DNA of 64,000 nucleotides, from NCBI GenBank assembly GCA_963666515.2, contig OY762897.2:1312001-1376000 (forward strand). The letters are read 5' to 3'. The position numbers and the translations under genes were made by a program. Source of the DNA: Candidatus Binatia bacterium (GTDB lineage: Bacteria; Desulfobacterota; Binatia; UBA9968; JAJDTQ01). Below the pieces are notes generated by a model. The model did no database searches, was not told the origin of the DNA, and was given only the letters and a program-made list of their open reading frames with translations. Below, in pieces: positions 57,501 to 64,000 of this stretch (positions within the stretch are counted from its first letter, which is position 1; every line of letters starts with the position of its first letter).

Positions 57501-57917
57501 CTACGTCACTTCAGTGCCGTAGGTGTCGAACGTCTCGATAGTCGCTTGGTGACCGGGAGCTGCGGCCAACCGGGCATCACAGGTAATCAAGGGTGCGGGA
57601 AGGGACTCTGCGAGAGCCAAGTAAACGGCATCATAGGCGGTGACATTGTGACGAAGCGCCCAGATGCGCGGCAAAAAGGGGTAGTGCGGATAACGAGTAA
57701 TCCGGAAATCATTGACCTCCGTCAAGGCTTCCTCTCCTTGCTGCGGCGTCAACTGGCCGATGGACACGTACCGCCGGAGGACGTGGGTTATCTCAAGATC
57801 GATAAGGTGCGGCGCATGCAGGGACTCGGAAGCCTCCACGAGCCGTTTCTCAATGTCCGACGCACCGGGCGTGTTCAGGAGCAGCGCCAAGAGGGCCGAG
57901 GCGTCAACGACGATCAA
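57501..57917 (-). CDS. vapC: PIN-domain toxin
   Basis: MIVVDASA, AP.L...E, N+T.YDA.Y+ALAE, L+T.D..L; TTG overlaps the antitoxin stop. Confidence 0.92.
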   Translation of the reverse strand: MIVVDASALLALLLNTPGASDIEKRLVEASESLHAPHLIDLEITHVLRRYVSIGQLTPQQGEEALTEVNDFRITRYPHYPFLPRIWALRHNVTAYDAVYLALAESLPAPLITCDARLAAAPGHQATIETFDTYGTEVT

Positions 57918-58145
57918 GGCTTGTCCCGTTCTTCCCGGATAATTTGCGCTGGGGTGAGGGTTGGACGAAAAGGCGCTCGACCCCGGAGCCTCCGGCAAAG
58001 CTCTTCCAGGGTCGGATACTCGGCATGACGTCCGAGTTCTGTGATCAAATAGTCCGAAAGCGACGTCCCGGCCAGCGCGGCTCTCGACTTGAGAATCCGA
58101 TGCAGATCATCAGGAACATTTCGTAGCTGAATCATTTTGGACATG
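57914..58145 (-). CDS. Ribbon-helix-helix (FitA-like) antitoxin
   Basis: IQ+RNVPD..H..LK.RAA..G.SLS.YL. Confidence 0.9.
58116..58145 (+). repeat. 30-bp perfect direct repeat, copy 1 (first 30 nt of the antitoxin gene)
   Basis: ACATTTCGTAGCTGAATCATTTTGGACATG-containing block is identical at 59684-59713. Confidence 0.93.
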
Positions 58146-58150
58146 GAGCA

Positions 58151-58179
58151 AACATACTTGCATGTTTCCCACATGTCAA
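58151..58179 (-). promoter_or_regulatory. Putative leaderless promoter/operator of the TA operon
   Basis: TTGACA-17 bp-TATGTT immediately before the ATG; repeated CATG half-sites. Confidence 0.65.
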
Positions 58180-58232
58180 ATTCAAGAATTGTTATCCTTG
58201 CAAATTGTCCAAATTGTGGATAATTTGCAGGG

Positions 58233-59414
58233 ATGATATCCCGTATTGCCGCGGCTGACATCGAAGACGCACTGAACCGTCAGGCCGCCGTTCTCTTGAT
58301 CGGACCTCGGCAGGTGGGCAAGACGACGCTGGCCCTGGAGATCGGCCGGTCGCGTGACGCCCTGTACCTGGACCTCGAGGATCGGGACGATCGCAACCGG
58401 CTCGCGGAACCCGCGCTGTTCCTGCAAAATCTTGAGGATCGCCTGGTCATCCTCGACGAGATTCACCGGGTGCCGGAGCTGTTCCAGACGCTCCGTGGGG
58501 TCATCGATCGTGGCCGCCGCAAGGGCAAGGGTAAAGGCCGGTTCCTGATCCTGGGGTCGGCTTCCCTGGATCTTCTCCGTCAATCGGAAAGCCTGGCCGG
58601 GCGAATCGCTTACGTCGATCTGACACCGCTCTCGGTGCTGGAAGTGGAGGACGAGCACGCCGCCCGTGAGCGGTTGTGGCTGCGAGGCGGCTTTCCGGAC
58701 AGTTACCTGGCGCAGAGCGACAGGGAAAGCTTCGTTCTGCGGAGGGATTTCATCCGCACTTACCTGGAGCGTGACGTCGCGGAATTCGGGCCGCGTGTCC
58801 CCTCCACGGCCCTGGAGCGGCTGTGGACGATGCTGGCGCATCGGCAGGGGACCACCTTGAACGCTTCGGTGTTGGCCAGGGCGTTGGAAACGAGCGCCCA
58901 GTCGGTGACGCGTTACGTGGACCTCCTGGCTGATCTGTTGCTGGTGCGCCGCCTCCAGCCCTTTCACGCCAACGTAGGCAAGCGTCTGGTGAAATCGCCA
59001 AAAGTGTACGTGCGCGACAGCGGCCTGCTGCACGCCCTCTTGGGTATTCCCTCGCTGGAGCAGCTCGCCGGGCACCCGGTGGTAGGACAGAGCTGGGAGG
59101 GATTCGTCATCGAGACGCTTCTGTCCGTCCTCCCGCCGTTGGCGACGCCGCTCTTCTACCGGACCAGCACCGGCGCCGAGATCGACCTGCTGATCGAGTT
59201 CAGCGACGGAAGGCTTTGGGCCGTCGAGATCAAGCGTTCGCTGTCGGCCAGGGTCCGACGTGGATTTCATGTCGCATGCGCCGACGTGAAGCCATCGAGT
59301 GCCTTCGTCGTGCACGCCGGCGAAGACCGCTGGCCGCTGTCGGAGACTTTGGAAGCCATTGGTGTTCGCGAACTCGCGTCACTGTTTCGAGAACAGAATG
59401 GACCCTTGAGTTGA
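58233..59414 (+). CDS. AAA+ ATPase with DUF4143 domain
   Basis: GPRQVGKTT, LDEIH, LGSAS, RGGFP, KRLVKSPK.Y..DSGL, EIDL...A+EIK. Confidence 0.93.
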   Translation: MISRIAAADIEDALNRQAAVLLIGPRQVGKTTLALEIGRSRDALYLDLEDRDDRNRLAEPALFLQNLEDRLVILDEIHRVPELFQTLRGVIDRGRRKGKGKGRFLILGSASLDLLRQSESLAGRIAYVDLTPLSVLEVEDEHAARERLWLRGGFPDSYLAQSDRESFVLRRDFIRTYLERDVAEFGPRVPSTALERLWTMLAHRQGTTLNASVLARALETSAQSVTRYVDLLADLLLVRRLQPFHANVGKRLVKSPKVYVRDSGLLHALLGIPSLEQLAGHPVVGQSWEGFVIETLLSVLPPLATPLFYRTSTGAEIDLLIEFSDGRLWAVEIKRSLSARVRRGFHVACADVKPSSAFVVHAGEDRWPLSETLEAIGVRELASLFREQNGPLS

Positions 59415-59445
59415 CATTTACGGCCCCGCACCGTAGGGTTTCGGC

Positions 59446-59634
59446 ATGGAGACCGAACGTTACGCAACACGGGAGGACTTGGCCCGACTGGAAACCGACT
59501 TGGTGAGGGAAGTGAAGGACGGAGAAATCAGGCTTACCAGGGAAATGCACGGCCTGCAGACGCGCGTGCTCGTGTCCATTGTCGCCGCCCTGCTCGCGGC
59601 GCTCACCTCAATTGCAACCGCCTTGCTCCAATAG
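59446..59634 (+). CDS. Small coiled-coil protein with C-terminal TM helix (DUF1640/CCDC90-like)
   Basis: AT+EDL..LE motif and hydrophobic tail; TTGACA-17-TAGGGT just upstream. Confidence 0.6.
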   Translation: METERYATREDLARLETDLVREVKDGEIRLTREMHGLQTRVLVSIVAALLAALTSIATALLQ

Positions 59635-59683
59635 GCTCGTCAACGAGCCACGCCATCAAGCTCCGGCAGACCCGGAGCGGTTC

Positions 59684-59713
59684 ACATTTCGTAGCTGAAT
59701 CATTTTGGACATG
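59684..59713 (+). repeat. 30-bp perfect direct repeat, copy 2
   Basis: Identical to 58116-58145; lies 29 bp from the tRNA 3' end. Confidence 0.93.
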
Positions 59714-59742
59714 AGCCTGAGAGGAGGTCTCAAGGGGGGATG

Positions 59743-59817
59743 TGGTGCGCCCGCCAGGAATCGAACCTGGACTTAGGGTTCCGGAGACCCTCGTGATGTC
59801 CTTTTCACTACGGGCGC
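59743..59817 (-). tRNA. tRNA-Arg(CCG)
   Basis: GCGCCCG acceptor stem, anticodon loop CT-CCG-GA, GGTTCGATTCC T-arm, encoded CCA; 75 nt. Confidence 0.96.
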
Positions 59818-59870
59818 ATATCATCTGTTTACCAGACGGAGCGGCTCCTGCTCAAGCTAAAGGCATCATC

Positions 59871-60785
59871 CTATCGTCCAACCGCGTTGAGAATGGCTTG
59901 GGCCACCACCTCGGCGGCGAGGATGCCGAGGGCGTTGAGGTCGGCGCGGCCTTTGCCGGTGGAGAGGGTGAACAAGGTGTCGCCGTCGTGGAGGGTGTGG
60001 GAGGGGCGGATGGCGCGGGCGATGCCGTCATGGGCCATGGAGGCCACGGTGTTGGCTTCCGCGGATGACAGGGCGGCGTTGGTGGCGACGACGCCGATGG
60101 TGGTGTTGGTCCCGGGCATCGTTGCCGTGCGTCCCTGGCGTGACTTCGGCGCCGCGCCGCCCCTGCGGCCGGATATCTCGTCACGGGCGCCGGCGATGAC
60201 CTCGCCCGAAGCGGGATCGACGACGCTGCCGACGGCGTTGACGACTACGAGGGCGCCCACGGTGACGCCGTTGTCGAGCTTCGCGCAGGCCGAGCCGATG
60301 CCGCCGTCGGCGGGGCGCAGGCCCGGAGCCTTGCCCACGGTGGCGCCGCTCCCGGCGCCGAGCCGTCCCGTGGGGACGGCCGCATCCGTGGCCGCCTTGC
60401 AGGCGCGATAGCCCATGGCCTTGTCGGGGCGGACCCGCGGATCCCCGACGCGCAGGTCATAGATCACAGCGGCCGGGACGATGGGGACCACGCCATGAGG
60501 GGTGGAGTATCCGGCGCCGCGCTCCTCGAGAAACCGCATGACGCCGGCCGCGGCGTCCAGCCCGAAGGCGCTTCCGCCGGTCAGCAGGACGCCGTGGACC
60601 TGTCCCACCAGCCGTCCCGGCCGGATGGCGTCGGTCTCCCGCGTGCCGGGCGCGAAGCCGCGCACGTCCACGCCGGCCGCCGCCCCGTCCGGGCAAAGGA
60701 CCACGGTGCAGCCGGTGCGCGCCCGGAGGTTGGAGGCGTGCCCCACCTGAATGCCTTTCACCGCGGTAATCGTCCGGTTCTTCAT
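59871..60785 (-). CDS. P1/S58 (DmpA-like) peptidase
   Basis: TGCTV, PGTRET, GGSAFGL, G..GAG.GA, NTTIG, DGD..F. Confidence 0.92.
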   Translation of the reverse strand: MKNRTITAVKGIQVGHASNLRARTGCTVVLCPDGAAAGVDVRGFAPGTRETDAIRPGRLVGQVHGVLLTGGSAFGLDAAAGVMRFLEERGAGYSTPHGVVPIVPAAVIYDLRVGDPRVRPDKAMGYRACKAATDAAVPTGRLGAGSGATVGKAPGLRPADGGIGSACAKLDNGVTVGALVVVNAVGSVVDPASGEVIAGARDEISGRRGGAAPKSRQGRTATMPGTNTTIGVVATNAALSSAEANTVASMAHDGIARAIRPSHTLHDGDTLFTLSTGKGRADLNALGILAAEVVAQAILNAVGR

Positions 60786-60825
60786 TTCTGTCGCTTTCTT
60801 CCCGCGTAGGCTATAGCCTGTTCCC

Positions 60826-62058
60826 ATGAGCAACGAAAACCCTCCGGTGCGTCCCCAGCTTCGCTACGTCGATGTCTTCCCGGTTCCTGCGGAGGAGGGA
60901 AGGCAGGCTTTCGGCATCCGCGACCCACAACATCTGAGCGACAAGGTCCTGCGCCTGCAGGTCGAGGCCGCCTATGCGCTGCAGTTCTTCGACGGCGAGC
61001 ACACCCTGCCGGATATCCAGGCGGCCTACCGGGAGAAATACAAGATCGAGTTCCCGCTGGAACTGCTGGAACAGCTCTGCCAGGTGCTGGACGAAGGCTG
61101 CTTTCTGGAGGGCGACAACTTCGAGCGCCACTACCGGCGGTTGGCGGGTTCGTTCCGCGAGTCCCCGGTCCGCGAGGCATTCCATGCGGGCGTCAGCTAC
61201 GACGCCAACCCCGCGCTTTTGAAGGAGGGCTTGGGGAAACTGTTCGAGACCCCGGCGGGACCGGGGCTGCCGGGCGGACGAAATCCCGATCGGAGGATAC
61301 CCGGCATCGTCGTGCCGCACATCGACCTGCGGCTCGGCGGAGCCGCCTACGCTTGGGCCTACAAGGAACTGGCGGAGGCCGAGCCGCCGGAGGTGTTCGT
61401 CATTCTGGGCACCGGGCACAACGGAACGCTGAACCCCTACGTCCTGACCTCCAAGCGCTTTGCCACGCCGCTGGGGGAGGTCCCGGTGGAGGCCGGGTTT
61501 ATCTCCCGTCTGGAGGGACTCCACGGCGGCGAGCTTTTCGCGGACGAGCTGGCCCACCGTTCCGAGCACACCATCGAGTTCCAGGTGCTGTTCATCCAGC
61601 AGTTGTTCGGCGACGCGATACCCATCGTGCCGGTGCTGTGCTCCTTCTCGTACGCGGCGCCGGGGAGGAGTCCCGCGGGGGAGTCCATCGAACGGTTCAC
61701 GGAGGCGTTGCGGACGATGATCGCCGAAGACGGCCGCCGAGTCTGCCTTATCGCCAGCGCCGACCTGGCCCACATGGGGCCGCGTTACGGTGACGCCGAC
61801 GGTATCGAGGGGGAAGAGCTGGAGGCGGTCAAGCGGTGCGACCGGGAGATGCTGCGGCACGTGGAAGACGTGGATGCGGAGGGATTTCGCGATTACCTGG
61901 CGCGGGAGAACGACCGGCGGCGGATCTGCGGCTTCTCGCCCATCTACACCATGCTCAAGTCCATGCAGGCGGAACGGGGGCGGCTGGTCGCCCACGACCA
62001 TGGCGAGATGGACCCCATCGGCTCCATCTGCAGCTTCGCCAGCGTCGTTTTCGATTGA
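60826..62058 (+). CDS. AmmeMemoRadiSam system protein B (MEMO1 family) with N-terminal extension
   Basis: HAG..Y, PHID, +LG..H, H..EH.+E.Q, S.DLAH.G..YG, ICG..P. Confidence 0.9.
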   Translation: MSNENPPVRPQLRYVDVFPVPAEEGRQAFGIRDPQHLSDKVLRLQVEAAYALQFFDGEHTLPDIQAAYREKYKIEFPLELLEQLCQVLDEGCFLEGDNFERHYRRLAGSFRESPVREAFHAGVSYDANPALLKEGLGKLFETPAGPGLPGGRNPDRRIPGIVVPHIDLRLGGAAYAWAYKELAEAEPPEVFVILGTGHNGTLNPYVLTSKRFATPLGEVPVEAGFISRLEGLHGGELFADELAHRSEHTIEFQVLFIQQLFGDAIPIVPVLCSFSYAAPGRSPAGESIERFTEALRTMIAEDGRRVCLIASADLAHMGPRYGDADGIEGEELEAVKRCDREMLRHVEDVDAEGFRDYLARENDRRRICGFSPIYTMLKSMQAERGRLVAHDHGEMDPIGSICSFASVVFD

Positions 62059-62127
62059 GAGGCTTGGCGGCGCCTCCTCGGAAGACGCCTGCGGAACCGG
62101 CGCCGGGGAACGCTGCCGTGCGGCGCG

Positions 62128-62343
62128 TTACGACTCGGGGAAAAGCCTCTTTCCGTCGTCGTCCTCCACCGTGATGGCCTTGGTGGGACAGATCCTGGCG
62201 GCCAGGACCACCTTCTCCGACGTGTCGCCGTTCGCATCCGCGACTTCCGCGATGAATCGTTCGTTCATCTTGAAGACGTTGGGCGCCGCCTGCACGCATT
62301 TCTCGTGTCCGTCGCATTTCGTGGTGTCGACCGTAATGTTCAT
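62128..62343 (-). CDS. Ferredoxin, single-cluster 3Fe-4S type
   Basis: VD...CDGHEKC...AP..F ... CP..AI; SD GGGAGG. Confidence 0.88.
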   Translation of the reverse strand: MNITVDTTKCDGHEKCVQAAPNVFKMNERFIAEVADANGDTSEKVVLAARICPTKAITVEDDDGKRLFPES

Positions 62344-62472
62344 GGTGCCCCTCCCAAGGCAAGGAATCTCCCTTCTATAGCCGAGTCGATGGCGGCACGC
62401 CACCGCCCCTTTCAACCGGCCGGCAATTCGGTATTGCAGTGCCGGAAGCGCCTGCTATATATTGGACGCCGC

Positions 62473-64000
62473 ATGAGGATCCACCGTTACACGTCCTGGG
62501 ACGGCTCCCAGGAGGTCCGTTTTCCCACCGCCAACGATCTGCTGAAGCAGCTTTCGGACACCTTTCTGGAGGAGGAGGGCGTGCGCCGCGCGCTGCGGAG
62601 CCTGATGCGCCGGGGGTTCGAGTCCGAGGACGGCATGCGCTCGGTGCAGGGGCTGCGGGACCTGCTGCAGCAGGCCGAGGAGAAGAAGCAGGACATCCTC
62701 AACAAGTACTCGCCCGATTCCTTCAAGCTCTCGCCCGAGGAGAGCGAGGCCCTGAGCCAAAAGCTGAACGAGCTGGCGGAGAAGCTGGAAGCGTATCACG
62801 AGCAGATGCGCAACTTCATGGAGCGGCTGTCCGGCCGGTACGCCAACAACATGGACGAGCTGGCCGAACGGATGCGCCAGGCCCAGGAGCGTTACCAGCA
62901 GCTCAAGGAGCGGCTGGGAGAGCAGATCAGCCAGCGCTCCATGAACCAGCCGCAGAACCTGACCGGGCCGGGGGCGCCGGACCTCTCCCAGATGCTGGAG
63001 CGGCTGAGCCGCCTGCTGGAGGACGACGATTTCCTCAAGAACCTGCCCAACATGCTGGACGCCGCGGTGGAGGACCTGGACAACCTGCTGGAGAACCTCG
63101 ATTCGCTGAGCCAGCAGGAGCTTCAGCGCCTGAGCGACGCCATGTCCCAGATGGAGCAGCTAGAGCAGCTCCTGAACCAGTATCCCTTCCAGGGAAGCCA
63201 GCGCATGGGCATGGGGGAGGCCGGTCAGGTGCTGGGGCAGCTACGAGGCCTGGAGCAGTTCCTGCGCTGGGGCCGGCGGGGGCTGGGCGACGTCGCCGAC
63301 CTCGACCTGGAGGCCATGCGCGAGTTGCTGGGCGAGGAGGCCTATGAGCAGCTCAATTACCTCCAGGGTGTCGAGCAGATGATGGTGGACGCGGGCTACC
63401 TGGTGCGCACGGGAAGCGGGCTCCGGCTCAGCCCCAAGGGCATGCGCCAGCTCGGCGACAAGGCCCTGAAAGAGATCTTCCAGCTCATGAACAAGAACCG
63501 CTGGGGCCAGCACGCCAGCGCCAAGATCGGCAACCAGGGCATGCGGCTGGAGGACACCCAGGCCTACGAGTACGGCAACCCCCTCAACATCGACATCCGC
63601 AAGACCCTCCTGAACTCCCTGGAAGAAGGGCGGACCGGAGTCCCCGTCCGCATCGAGCCCAGGGACTTCCAGGTGTACCAGCACGAGTTCTCCACCGACA
63701 CCGAGACCGTGCTGCTGATCGACGTCAGCTACTCCATGCTGATGAACGACGCGCTGCACGCCGGCAAGAAGGTGGCGCTGGCGCTGAACCGGCTGATCGA
63801 GACCAAGTTCCCCCAGGACGTGCTTCATCTTGTGGCGTTCCGCTCCAACGCCAAGATCATCCGCACCGAAGACCTGCCCTCCATCGTCGCCATCACCTAC
63901 TTCATGGAGCACGGCACCGACATCAAGGAGGCGTTGAGGTTTTCGCGGCAACTGCTCGGAAACAATAGGGCCACGAACCGCCAGATCATCCTCATCACCG
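62473..64000 (+). CDS. VWA domain-containing protein (partial, runs off the window)
   Basis: My translation: MRIHRYTSWDGSQ..., coiled-coil middle, L+PKG.R.LG..AL, LLIDVSYSM MIDAS motif; not in the ORF track. Confidence 0.88.
   Translation, partial: MRIHRYTSWDGSQEVRFPTANDLLKQLSDTFLEEEGVRRALRSLMRRGFESEDGMRSVQGLRDLLQQAEEKKQDILNKYSPDSFKLSPEESEALSQKLNELAEKLEAYHEQMRNFMERLSGRYANNMDELAERMRQAQERYQQLKERLGEQISQRSMNQPQNLTGPGAPDLSQMLERLSRLLEDDDFLKNLPNMLDAAVEDLDNLLENLDSLSQQELQRLSDAMSQMEQLEQLLNQYPFQGSQRMGMGEAGQVLGQLRGLEQFLRWGRRGLGDVADLDLEAMRELLGEEAYEQLNYLQGVEQMMVDAGYLVRTGSGLRLSPKGMRQLGDKALKEIFQLMNKNRWGQHASAKIGNQGMRLEDTQAYEYGNPLNIDIRKTLLNSLEEGRTGVPVRIEPRDFQVYQHEFSTDTETVLLIDVSYSMLMNDALHAGKKVALALNRLIETKFPQDVLHLVAFRSNAKIIRTEDLPSIVAITYFMEHGTDIKEALRFSRQLLGNNRATNRQIILIT

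Noticed and set aside
62439-63347. 302-aa ORF from the track
   Set aside because: Wrong frame; the real gene is the VWA protein starting at 62473.
1-64000. CRISPR array, prophage, integron or reverse-transcriptase system
   Set aside because: No regularly spaced repeats, cas, phage structural, integrase or RT genes were seen.

Overview
High-GC bacterial chromosomal window. The backbone is mostly metabolic: hydrolases, a TPP E1 alpha/beta pair, an LLM oxidoreductase, thiolase+DUF35, a GMC oxidoreductase, TldD/E, an aromatic-catabolism-like cluster, a P450 and a purine/nucleoside ABC transporter. It also carries DNA-handling genes (recD2, comF, ligD, ku). Three visibly lower-GC accessory patches interrupt it: (i) an unknown two-gene module at the left edge; (ii) 16.9-22.6 kb, with an RlmJ-like fragment, a DUF429-like nuclease, Rpn, a diverged grxC duplicate, a complete IS1634 and an xdh remnant; (iii) 48.3-59.7 kb, next to tRNA-Arg(CCG), with type I R-M using a half-size HsdS, a 1.36-kaa HigA-HTH fusion, VapBC and an AAA/DUF4143 ATPase bracketed by a perfect 30-bp repeat. 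The best novelty candidate is an NHEJ locus. Its Ku carries an extra ~90-aa C-terminal domain and is followed by an IrrE/ImmA-type protease that ends in a clamp-binding-like motif, and a palindromic operator-like site sits between ligD and ku. The second candidate is a ~390-nt promoter-to-terminator unit at 24.3-24.75 kb that looks like an unrecognised structured RNA or small-peptide gene. All family calls come from motif recognition by eye; no searches were run.
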